Shown piece after piece: positions 33,484-42,033 of a DNA stretch of 42,282 nt. The stretch's first letter is position 1. Each line of letters begins with the position of its first letter. The translations under genes and the position numbers were made by a program. The DNA comes from a virus (taxonomy: Duplodnaviria; Caudoviricetes), in IMG/VR virus record IMGVR_UViG_3300023252_000006, positions 1-42,282 of that record; one strand, 5' to 3'. The notes under the pieces were generated by a model, which did no database searches, was not told where the DNA came from, and saw nothing but the letters and a program-made list of their open reading frames with translations.

Positions 33484-35565
33484 ATGTCCGCACAACAGAA
33501 GAAACACCCCTTCGATTTCAAAACTCAATACGGACTCGGCTTCAGCACTCAGGACGATGAGATCGTTGTCGACTTCTTCTGCGGTGGCGGCGGCGCCGGT
33601 ACCGGGCTGGAGATGGGCCTGGGCCGCGCGGTGAACGTGGCGAAGAACCACAGCGCGGCGGCGATCAGCATGCATACCGTGAATCACCCGGGTACCGTCC
33701 ATTACACGACCGACGTGTTCGACGGTGATCCGGACACCGAGTGCGGCGGCAAGGCCGTGGGCTGGTTCCACATGTCGCCGGATTGCACGCACCACAGCCA
33801 GGCCGCCGGCGGGCAGCCGCGCAAGCGCGAGATCCGGAACCTGTCGTGGATCGGCCTGAAGTGGGCCGGCAAGAAGAAGCCCCGCGTCATCAGCCTGGAA
33901 AACGTGAAACAAATCCTCCAGTGGGGGCCGCTGATCGCGAAGCGCTGCAAGGTTACCGGCCGGGTTATCACGCTCGACCTGATACCGCATCCGACCAAGC
34001 CGAAGAGCATGATCAACCGAGTCGCCGACAAGGGAGAGGTCGTGCCGGTGAACAACCAGTTCCTGGTGCCTGATCCTGCGCGGCGCGGGCAGACCTGGGC
34101 CGTATTCGTGGCTGAGCTGGAGCGCCTGGGCTACGTCGTTGAATGGAGGATTATCAAAGCCTGCGACTACGGCGCGCCGACCAGCCGGGAACGCCTGTTC
34201 ATGCTTGCCCGCTGCGACGGCCAGCCAATCGTGTGGCCTGAGCCGACCCACGCGAAGAACCCGGCAAAGGGTCAGAAGAAGTGGCGCACCGCAGCCGAGT
34301 GCATCGACTGGACGGTGCCGACCAAAAGCATTTTCGGGCGGCCGACTCCACTGGCAGACGCCACCCTGCGCCGGATCGCCAAGGGCATGAAGAAGTTCGT
34401 CATCGATGCCGCCGACCCGTTCATTGTGCCGATCGCGAACTGGTCCGGCGAAAGCGTGCAGTCCGCAAATGAGCCGCTGCGCACCGTGACGTCCTGGCCG
34501 CGCGGCGGATCGTTCGCCATGGCCAGCCCGATCATTGCGCCAGCCACGCACCAGGGCAGCGACCGGATCAACGATCCTCACGCCCCGCTGCCGACGGTAA
34601 CCTGCGCGAATCGAGGCGAGCTGACGCTGATCAGTCCGGTGATGGTCGGGGCCGGTGGCCCGACCTACAGCGGCAAACCAGCGTCAGGCGATCAGCCAGT
34701 CGGCACGCTGATGACCCAGAACCACCGCGCGCTCGCAGCGGCGCACCTGGTCAAGTTCCGGTTCTCGGATGAAGGCAAGGCCCTCGACGAGCCTCTGCCG
34801 ACCATCACCAGCGGAGGCAACTACCAGCGCCCGGCCGGCGCCGCCCACGCCATGGGCATCTCCACGGTGTTCATGGCCCAGATGAATGGCGGCTTCAACA
34901 CCACGGCCGCCAAGAGCATCGAGGACCCGATGACCACGGTGACCAACACCGGCAGCCAGCAGCAGCTGGTGACGGCGAACCTGGTGCACCTGCGCGGCAA
35001 CTGCGATGCGCGGGACGCAGGCGATCCACTGCACACCATCAGTGCCGGCGGCACTCACCACGGACTGGTCACCGCCTTCATGGAGCGCCAGTTCGGCGCC
35101 AGCGTCGGCCAGGGAGTGGACGAACCGGCACCGACGATCACCGCCGGCGGTGGGGGCAAGAGCTCGCTGGTCGAGCTGCAGCTTTCGCCAGAGGTTGAAG
35201 CGGGCGCGCTGCGTGTCGCGGCATTCCTGATCAGCTACTACGGCACCGAGAACATGAGCGCCGCCGACGCGCCAGCACCAACCATCACGACCAAGGATCG
35301 GCTGGGCTTGGTCACCGTCACGATCAAGGGCACGCCGTACGTGATCGTCGACATCTGCCTGCGGATGCTGCAACCGGCTGAGCTGTACAAAGCTCAGGGC
35401 TTTCCTGCCGATTACATCATCAGCCACGGCGCCGACGGCAAGCCGTTCACCAAGACCCAGCAGGTGCACATGTGCGGCAACAGCGTCAGCCCGCCGCCGA
35501 TGGCTGCGCTGGCCCGGGCCAACGATCCATGGCGCGCGGTGGAGCGTCAAGCGGCAGCTGCATAG
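33484..35565 (+). CDS. DNA cytosine-C5 methyltransferase (orphan, 693 aa)
   Basis: DFFCGGGG (I), SPDC (IV), ENV (VI), TSRERLF (VIII), GNSV (X); long region with repeated P(L/A)xT(I/V)T units. Confidence 0.93.
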   Translation: MSAQQKKHPFDFKTQYGLGFSTQDDEIVVDFFCGGGGAGTGLEMGLGRAVNVAKNHSAAAISMHTVNHPGTVHYTTDVFDGDPDTECGGKAVGWFHMSPDCTHHSQAAGGQPRKREIRNLSWIGLKWAGKKKPRVISLENVKQILQWGPLIAKRCKVTGRVITLDLIPHPTKPKSMINRVADKGEVVPVNNQFLVPDPARRGQTWAVFVAELERLGYVVEWRIIKACDYGAPTSRERLFMLARCDGQPIVWPEPTHAKNPAKGQKKWRTAAECIDWTVPTKSIFGRPTPLADATLRRIAKGMKKFVIDAADPFIVPIANWSGESVQSANEPLRTVTSWPRGGSFAMASPIIAPATHQGSDRINDPHAPLPTVTCANRGELTLISPVMVGAGGPTYSGKPASGDQPVGTLMTQNHRALAAAHLVKFRFSDEGKALDEPLPTITSGGNYQRPAGAAHAMGISTVFMAQMNGGFNTTAAKSIEDPMTTVTNTGSQQQLVTANLVHLRGNCDARDAGDPLHTISAGGTHHGLVTAFMERQFGASVGQGVDEPAPTITAGGGGKSSLVELQLSPEVEAGALRVAAFLISYYGTENMSAADAPAPTITTKDRLGLVTVTIKGTPYVIVDICLRMLQPAELYKAQGFPADYIISHGADGKPFTKTQQVHMCGNSVSPPPMAALARANDPWRAVERQAAAA

Positions 35566-35569
35566 CTTC

Positions 35570-35803
35570 TCAATGCCAGAACGCGGTGTGTCGCTCTATC
35601 AGTGGAGGATTTTCTCCGGCGGCACGCTGATCTTTGAGCCAGATGCGAGTCATATCAACAATGAAAATTCTTATGTGCGTATTTCTCTCGGCCAACGTAG
35701 CTCCCGAAATGTCATATCGACCGCACTCGGGACAATCGACTGACTTTCCAATTGGATCACAATCCCAAGTCTGGGCGACTCCATCGCAAACAAAGCAACG
35801 CAT
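35570..35803 (-). CDS. Small Zn-ribbon protein, inverted moron
   Basis: CFVC...CPECGRYDIS; AGGAGA RBS. Confidence 0.7.
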   Translation of the reverse strand: MRCFVCDGVAQTWDCDPIGKSVDCPECGRYDISGATLAERNTHIRIFIVDMTRIWLKDQRAAGENPPLIERHTAFWH

Positions 35804-35912
35804 TTCAATCTCCTACTTTGGTAGTCGCAGAACTATAGCTAACCCTTCGCCACCCTACATGCGTGGGCATGCATCAGCATAACAGCTAACACTTATCAAT
35901 AAATACGAGACA

Positions 35913-36500
35913 TCACTTTTCCTGACGCACCATACTTCTTGGAAATTCAATATCTGCGACTTGCGCCACAAGATTGAGGTTAGTCAAATGCTTTACTTTC
36001 GTTACGATGACGTGCCTTTTAAGATTTGCATCGATGCACACCAAGCGATATGAAGATATCTTAGTCGAATGCAAGCTCACATCACCAAGAAACAGCAACC
36101 AACCATGAAGTGGAATTCCTTGCTGCACTGCCTCCTTTCTTCTGTAAATTAAATCCTCGTTGAATTTAGGTATCTTAATCTCATCACTTGCTGTGCCGAA
36201 GGATATATCCTTTAATCTGTGAGCGCCATAAGCAGAGATGAGCTTACGCCATCCACTTGGTATTTTTGCGTGAAGCTCATAATCCAATACATGAACGACA
36301 TTTTTGCGTGCATTCACTAAATATGGATAAACAATAAAAGTAGAGTACTTTTTCCCTTCAAACTCTCCAATACCAATCAAAGAAACCAACAACCTTCCAG
36401 TTATTTTCGGTTTATTTGACAGATGATCATAATAAACCTTAAACCAACCAGACAATGCAAACATCGTGGCTAGCACTTTTATTATTGGATCCCACGTCAT
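35913..36500 (-). CDS. AT-rich membrane-anchored protein, inverted moron (start 36500 or TTG 36527)
   Basis: N-terminal hydrophobic helix followed by beta-rich domain; strongly AT-rich. Confidence 0.78.
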   Translation of the reverse strand: MTWDPIIKVLATMFALSGWFKVYYDHLSNKPKITGRLLVSLIGIGEFEGKKYSTFIVYPYLVNARKNVVHVLDYELHAKIPSGWRKLISAYGAHRLKDISFGTASDEIKIPKFNEDLIYRRKEAVQQGIPLHGWLLFLGDVSLHSTKISSYRLVCIDANLKRHVIVTKVKHLTNLNLVAQVADIEFPRSMVRQEK

Positions 36501-36610
36501 GATTTGCACCTGGAATGTATTTGACAAGCGATACGATTAACACAGCCAGAACATATTGTAAAAATCTTCCTTCAAAGTCAGCCGCTATAGCGGCAAGGAC
36601 GAGCTCGCCC

Positions 36611-37048
36611 ATGAAAAACGCAAAGGCAGGCCCTGACCACTACCGCTACGTCGATTCGATTGGGCCGGACGGCCTGACCGTCACGATGCAGACCTGGGTG
36701 GCGTACGCCGAAACAGAAAAATGCTGGTACTTGCTGAAGCAGAATGACTTCGACGACCTCCAGCGGAAATGGCTCAGCGAACGCTCAGTGAAGATCCGCC
36801 GCAAGCGCGTGCTGAAGCATCAGTACCACTCTGGAGTGTGCTTCGCCTACGCGAGCAAGGAGCGCGCGCTCAACTCCTACAAGAACCGCAAGGAGTGGCA
36901 GATCCGGCACGCCACGCTCTCACTGGAGCGCGCCAAGGCTGCGATTGGCTACTTCGGGGATACCTCCGTGGACATCACGGTTACGCCCAGCGAGGCGGTG
37001 ATCCCGAGCGAATACATCCAGGAATCTCTGGCTTGGGAGGGCTGCTGA
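36611..37048 (+). CDS. Hypothetical early protein
   Basis: AAGGA RBS after the GCCGCTATAGCGGC hairpin; phage-like codon usage. Confidence 0.75.
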   Translation: MKNAKAGPDHYRYVDSIGPDGLTVTMQTWVAYAETEKCWYLLKQNDFDDLQRKWLSERSVKIRRKRVLKHQYHSGVCFAYASKERALNSYKNRKEWQIRHATLSLERAKAAIGYFGDTSVDITVTPSEAVIPSEYIQESLAWEGC

Positions 37049-37050
37049 CC

Positions 37051-37131
37051 ATGATCACGAAGTGCGCAATCGGCTGCACCCTCTTCTTCTGGCTTCCATT
37101 GGCCCTGACCATAAAGGCGGTGATCGAATGA
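37051..37131 (+). CDS. 26-aa hydrophobic peptide
   Basis: GGAGG RBS; MITKCAIGCTLFFWLPLALTIKAVIE; ATGA-coupled to next gene. Confidence 0.5.
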   Translation: MITKCAIGCTLFFWLPLALTIKAVIE

Positions 37132-37694
37132 TTGTCGATGACGTAATGACGGACAAAATCACCCTGCACGGGCTCGGCTTCGTGCAGGTTCAGCTCCAAG
37201 GCGATCAGCGCCTGCACGTTTGGCACCCCGAGTTACCGCGCCGGTCCTGCTTCGAACACTCGGCGATCCACGATCACCGCTTCGACTTCCAGTCTCGGGT
37301 CTTGGTCGGCCAGCAGCGCAATATTGAGTTTCGCTGCGACCCGTCGCCTGCCGGTGCATACATGCTCTATCTGCATGAAGGCGCGCGCACTGCCTGCGGC
37401 GGAAGACCATGGACGCCTGACGGTCGGGCTCACATGGTCGAAGTCAGCGACGAAACGATCATCGCAGGCCTGACCTACAAACAGCACGCCTACCACTTCC
37501 ACCGCACCGTGCCGGCCGGCGATGGCAAGGTGGCCACGATCATGCAGAAGCTGATGGAGTACTCGCGCGGGGCTCATTCAAGCTGCGTCGTGGGGATACA
37601 GCCTGACGATGAATTCGACCGGTTCCAGTGGTCGCCCGCTCAACTCTGGGAGGTCGTCAGCGATGTGCTGCTCGGCCAGAAGGTGACGCCATGA
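37128..37694 (+). CDS. Cupin-fold-like protein
   Basis: RLHVW...IHDHRFDFQSRVLVG...FHR metal-binding pattern. Confidence 0.65.
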   Translation: MIVDDVMTDKITLHGLGFVQVQLQGDQRLHVWHPELPRRSCFEHSAIHDHRFDFQSRVLVGQQRNIEFRCDPSPAGAYMLYLHEGARTACGGRPWTPDGRAHMVEVSDETIIAGLTYKQHAYHFHRTVPAGDGKVATIMQKLMEYSRGAHSSCVVGIQPDDEFDRFQWSPAQLWEVVSDVLLGQKVTP

Positions 37695-37744
37695 TCGCCC
37701 TCGCCTGGTTCGCCTACGTGTACTGCTACAAGGGGCCGCGATGA
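37691..37744 (+). CDS. 17-aa peptide
   Basis: AGGTG RBS, ATGA-coupled on both sides: MIALAWFAYVYCYKGPR. Confidence 0.45.
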   Translation: MIALAWFAYVYCYKGPR

Positions 37745-38106
37745 TGAAAGCTCGAATCGAGAAGAAACTCAGCCAGCGCCTCGTTCAACTCCACCCCGCA
37801 CTGTATGGAAAGGCATGGCGCGACGATGAACTGTCTGAACTGGCATACGACCAGCGATCAAGCGTCAGGCACTGTCTGAGCGTTGGCGGTGGCACCGACT
37901 ACTGGGGTGAAGGCATGGACGCCTACACAGTGTGGGCTGATTGGAAAATGAATTGGAGTTGGCACGGGCCATTCGAAGCGCATCCAGATGGCCACCAGTC
38001 CGAGGGATATCCCAACACAGGAACCTTCAGACCGACCACACGAAATTTGCTGAAGCTGGCTACCGAGTGTGAACTGGCCGAACGAGCCAAGGCTCGCCCA
38101 CGATGA
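37741..38106 (+). CDS. Hypothetical early protein
   Basis: Coupled in operon; MKARIEKKLS...VGGGTDYWGEG. Confidence 0.72.
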   Translation: MMKARIEKKLSQRLVQLHPALYGKAWRDDELSELAYDQRSSVRHCLSVGGGTDYWGEGMDAYTVWADWKMNWSWHGPFEAHPDGHQSEGYPNTGTFRPTTRNLLKLATECELAERAKARPR

Positions 38107-38423
38107 ACCGCCTGGTCAGCGTCCGCACCGAGGAACTGACCGGCCCGGCGCTGGACTGGGCAATCAACGCGATCGAGGGTGACCAGCAGCCCGTCGCGGG
38201 CCAGCTGGATCTCTTCGCGCTGCCCGAAGCCGAGCAACTGATCGAAAAGTACGGCGTCTGGGTCGATGTCGGCCACCGGCACCCGTGGCTGGCCGACGCG
38301 ACAAACGATCCATTCAACCGCCAGCCCGGCGAAACCCGAACCGTCGCTGTCTTCCGCGCTGTCATCTTCGCTAAGCATGGCGCAACGTTCAAAGTACCTA
38401 GTGCCCTTGCATTATTCAGATAG
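38103..38423 (+). CDS. NinX-like protein
   Basis: ELTGPALDWAI..IEG, LIEKY, GET..VAVFRAVI. Confidence 0.65.
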   Translation: MNRLVSVRTEELTGPALDWAINAIEGDQQPVAGQLDLFALPEAEQLIEKYGVWVDVGHRHPWLADATNDPFNRQPGETRTVAVFRAVIFAKHGATFKVPSALALFR

Positions 38424-39075
38424 GCACCTTTTTACAAAACTTAAGCAACCCAATGTCGTTCAGAATAATTGGCGATATTTGAACATTGTGCTTTGGCTTC
38501 CACGCAACCCTAAACTCTTCTTGGGGTTTAAATTCCGGACCTTTAACTAACCCCGGATGAAGACCCCAGTCTTCCCCATTGAACTCTTCGATGCGGCTCT
38601 GGTAAGAAACGGGGCCAGCATAAATCAGCCTTACCTGACAAGATTCATTTAACGCATCAGTTAGCCTCGAGATGAAGCTATTAAAATTTGTGATCTGGAC
38701 ACATGAGTCTGCGTTACCACAGGATTGCATCGCTTCTTTGGTGCGAACCATTGAAAGACAAAGCATATAAAAATCAGGAGAGACGAGAGTCCTGAACATT
38801 GTTACATTGGTGGCGGAGTTATTTACTCCACCGCCCACAAATAATGAATCATAGGCCTGCATAGCATTCGTATGCTTCGCATTTGGGTTACTGCTATTCC
38901 AGTAATCTATGTGATGAGAAACCGTCTTAACCCCTTCGTCAGGATCAGCAATACCAACTTTGTGCTCTCCCTCTTTGTAGTTCATGAGAGTACCAATTTT
39001 AATATTACCAATCGCGCACATATCGTAATCAGAATGCAAGTATTTATATAGTTTCAACACACCCTCCGCCACCAC
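38416..39075 (-). CDS. AT-rich inverted moron, DUF2971-like
   Basis: LYKY...IGTL..Y...D.DEG...LCLS...V.Y...K...F..QEEFR. Confidence 0.7.
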   Translation of the reverse strand: MVAEGVLKLYKYLHSDYDMCAIGNIKIGTLMNYKEGEHKVGIADPDEGVKTVSHHIDYWNSSNPNAKHTNAMQAYDSLFVGGGVNNSATNVTMFRTLVSPDFYMLCLSMVRTKEAMQSCGNADSCVQITNFNSFISRLTDALNESCQVRLIYAGPVSYQSRIEEFNGEDWGLHPGLVKGPEFKPQEEFRVAWKPKHNVQISPIILNDIGLLKFCKKVPI

Positions 39076-39183
39076 TCAAAAAATTAACCTTATAAACCCC
39101 TGAAAGCTTAGACGAGCTTTTCAAACTTTCTCTGACTTCTGCCGTCCCGCGCGGCACCGCCCACCCGGGCAAGGAAGTGCGCC

Positions 39184-39339
39184 ATGACCATCACGAAGAT
39201 CATCAAGGGCCCGCACCGCTTCGGCGGCTTCTGGTGGGTCATCGCCGACTGCAACGGCACCAAACAGCACATGTCCTTCCGCACCGAACAACAGGCTCGC
39301 GCCATCGCCCCAGGGCAGGACAGCGTGACCCTTCATTAA
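39184..39339 (+). CDS. 51-aa hypothetical protein (not in ORF track)
   Basis: AAGGA RBS; MTITKIIKGPHRFGGFWWVIADCNG... Confidence 0.6.
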   Translation: MTITKIIKGPHRFGGFWWVIADCNGTKQHMSFRTEQQARAIAPGQDSVTLH

Positions 39340-39374
39340 AACCTTCTGCCGCCGCCGGCGGCGTGGAGAATCCC

Positions 39375-39617
39375 ATGGAAACCGAAATCCTCTCCGACGA
39401 GGAGCTGGCCGAACTCACCGGCTACAAGGCCAGGGCCTACCAACGCCGCTGGCTGATTGACCGCCAGTGGGTGTTTGTCGAAAGCCGGGGCAAGCGTCCG
39501 CTGGTGGGCCGCATGTACGCCCGCATGAAGCTGGGCATGATCAGCCCTACCATTGCCGACCCGAACCCACCGCCGGCCGCGCCGGCATGGACGCCAGACT
39601 TCTCGCGAGTGAACTGA
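39375..39617 (+). CDS. xis: Excisionase-like protein (DUF4224)
   Basis: LSDEELAELTGYK....QRRWL....W.F.....G.RP.V.R; GGAG RBS; directly upstream of int. Confidence 0.8.
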   Translation: METEILSDEELAELTGYKARAYQRRWLIDRQWVFVESRGKRPLVGRMYARMKLGMISPTIADPNPPPAAPAWTPDFSRVN

Positions 39618-39618
39618 T

Positions 39619-40668
39619 ATGCGCCCCCGCAAGACCGAGCACCACCACCTGCCACCACGGATGTACAAACGATCCCGCAAACGCAAGAACGGAACCACCT
39701 GGACGGCCTACTACTACCGCGATCTGCTCGGAAAAGACATACCGCTGGGCAAGGATCTCGACAAAGCCAGGTTGAAATGGGCCGAACTGGAAGCCAAGGA
39801 AAAGCCGCTCGACCTGCGCACCATGAAAGGAATCTTCGATCGGTACATCCGCGACGTAGTGCCCAAGAAGGCGCCGCGCACGCAGAAGGACAACCTAGCA
39901 GAGATCAAACAGTTGCGTCCGATGTTCGACAGCGCACCGATTGACTCGATCACGCCAGCGACGATTGCCGGCTATCGTGACGCCCGATCGGCAAAGGTCA
40001 GGGCCAACCGCGAGATCGCTACCCTCTCCCACATTTTCAACATTGCCCGGGAGTGGGGCCTGACGACAAAGGAAAACCCCTGTCAGGGCGTGCGCAAGAA
40101 CAAGGAAACGCCGAGGGACTATTACGCGAATGATGTGGTTTGGGAGGCAGTTTACAAGAAGGCAGCTCAGGAGCTGAAAGAAGCGATGGACCTGGCATAC
40201 CTGACCGGCCAGCGGCCGGCAGACGTGCTGGTCATGAGGAAGGATGATGTTGAAGGCGGGTATCTGACCGTTCAGCAAAACAAGACGCAGAAGAAGCTTC
40301 GCATCCAGATCACGACTGGCGGGGAATCAAACAGCCTGGGCAAGCTGATCGCAGCAATCACAGAGCGAAATGCCAAGCACCTTTCGAGTTACCTGATCAT
40401 CAACCGGAGCGGTAAACGGATGACGGCCACGATGCTCAGGAAGCGCTGGGACGCGGCTCGGGAAAAAGCAAAAATGGAAGCGCTTGAGAAAGGTGACGAG
40501 CTGCTCGCCAGCCGGATCGTGGAATTCCAGTTCCGCGACATTCGCCCCAAGGCCGCGTCGGAGATCAGCGATGTCGGCGACGCAAGCCTGTTGCTCGGGC
40601 ACACGAAAGGGGACATCACCGAGCGGGTTTACCGTCGCGTCGGGGCGATCGCGAAACCATCAAAATAG
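39619..40668 (+). CDS. int: Phage integrase (tyrosine recombinase)
   Basis: TGQR.AD, QNKT, FRDIR, LLGH, VYRR; nearest the right att. Confidence 0.93.
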   Translation: MRPRKTEHHHLPPRMYKRSRKRKNGTTWTAYYYRDLLGKDIPLGKDLDKARLKWAELEAKEKPLDLRTMKGIFDRYIRDVVPKKAPRTQKDNLAEIKQLRPMFDSAPIDSITPATIAGYRDARSAKVRANREIATLSHIFNIAREWGLTTKENPCQGVRKNKETPRDYYANDVVWEAVYKKAAQELKEAMDLAYLTGQRPADVLVMRKDDVEGGYLTVQQNKTQKKLRIQITTGGESNSLGKLIAAITERNAKHLSSYLIINRSGKRMTATMLRKRWDAAREKAKMEALEKGDELLASRIVEFQFRDIRPKAASEISDVGDASLLLGHTKGDITERVYRRVGAIAKPSK

Positions 40669-40904
40669 TCCGAAAATCGGCTCCATAGCTCAAAGCAAGC
40701 CCCTTTTAGAATTCGGTCTGTTCCTCTGATAAGTATCGGTGGCGGACTCACGCGACTCCCGGGGATCCCCCCGCCATTCAAAAATGGACTAATAAAAAAT
40801 AATAAAATTGGATCTACACCCCGCCGAGCATAGCCTTTAGAGTCAACAAAATAAGCTCTTTCAAAAGCTTAGCTTGTCTATTTACCCAATCTTGAGGAGT
40901 TCAA

Positions 40905-41354
40905 ATGTCTCGCGAAAATTGGTTCGAAGTATCTCCTGGTGCAGCAAAAGCCATGACCGGTTTGCATCATTACGTCACCACGGGTACTGACCTGCCGCCT
41001 TCAATAATTCACTTGGTGTTTCTTCGGGTATCACAGCTCAACGGCTGCGCTTATTGCATAGATTTGCACTCTCGCGATCTAATCAAAGAGTACATGTCGG
41101 TAGATAAAGTCCTTATGGTTCCAGTCTGGCACGAAGCAGCATATTTATTTTCCGATCAGGAGCGTGCTGCGCTGGCTTGGGCTGAAGAAGTGACTCGGGT
41201 TGGAGAAACTCACGTATCCGACGACGCATATGCGGCTGCCTCCGCCGTATTCGCGGCTAAAGATCTAGTCGATTTGACCGCGACAATTGCCGCCATGAAT
41301 GCATTCAACCGTATGGGTGTCACTTTCAGGCTGAAGCCATCTGCGAAGGCTTAA
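40905..41354 (+). CDS. Carboxymuconolactone decarboxylase/AhpD-family protein (cargo)
   Basis: LVFLRVSQLNGCAYCIDLH, ERAALAWAEEVT, MNAFNR; GAGGAG RBS. Confidence 0.9.
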   Translation: MSRENWFEVSPGAAKAMTGLHHYVTTGTDLPPSIIHLVFLRVSQLNGCAYCIDLHSRDLIKEYMSVDKVLMVPVWHEAAYLFSDQERAALAWAEEVTRVGETHVSDDAYAAASAVFAAKDLVDLTATIAAMNAFNRMGVTFRLKPSAKA

Positions 41355-41381
41355 TCACTCTTCAGACAATCCCGATTGCCT

Positions 41382-41474
41382 GGTGAGACAAGTTTGCTGC
41401 TGTTTCATGCCAAAGTCGACATCATTGGCCGGCCTTACCGTCGGATCGATGCCATAACCAAACCATCGAAATAG
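41382..41474 (+). pseudogene. Degenerate second copy of the int 3' end
   Basis: Reads GETSLLLFHAKVDIIGRPYRRIDAITKPSK* versus Int GDASLLLGHTKGDITERVYRRVGAIAKPSK* (19/30 identical). Confidence 0.85.
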
Positions 41475-41598
41475 CCAAAAAATCCGTTCCATAACTCGAG
41501 GCAGGCCCCTTGTAGAATGCGGTCTGTAGCGATGCTAAAAAGTGAAAGTAATGGGACGGAAAATCGCTACAAGCCGCAGTCTGATTACGTCGCTATAT

Positions 41599-41706
41599 CG
41601 GTCTTGAAAACCGTCGACTGTAACAGGTCCATGAGTTCGAATCCCATCGCCTCCGCCATATTTAGTACTTCAAAGCCCTGATTATTCAGGGCTTTGTCGT
41701 TTCTGG
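41599..41706 (+). repeat. Right att (int-proximal): tRNA-Ser 3' fragment plus hairpin
   Basis: Direct repeat of 27-134. Confidence 0.95.
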
Positions 41707-42033
41707 AACTCGCGTTTTTTGGACCTCCATTTCTGGATCGTTTCCGCATCTTTTCAGCTATTTCCGCAACCCTCCCGTTCCATTCCAGCGTTCCAGCCTA
41801 GATCAAGAAACTCAGAACTCATCCACAATGAGTATTCGGTGACGTCCATAGGCAGCTTACGGCCAGAAGCGGATCAGCGTGGATGTCTGCCACGGCCAAT
41901 ACCGCACGTTCAGATAAACGACAAAACTGCCCGTGATCCTGCCAGACGTGATCAGTCAAAAGATGAGTAGCAAAGGGGGCCAAAGAGGCACGACGAAGCG
42001 GGCCTCGATTTCAAGCTTTTATACCTGTGCCGG

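Larger units (their letters stand above)
27..41706. mobile_element. Complete temperate siphovirus prophage (HK97-type head, lambda-type tail); predicted excised circle 41,572 bp
   Basis: Flanking att repeats, int/xis, cI/cro, replication, Q, lysis, terminase, portal, capsid and tail modules all present with open frames. Confidence 0.95.

Noticed and set aside
33409-34581. 390-aa - strand ORF (and 34684-35550)
   Set aside because: Shadows of the methyltransferase
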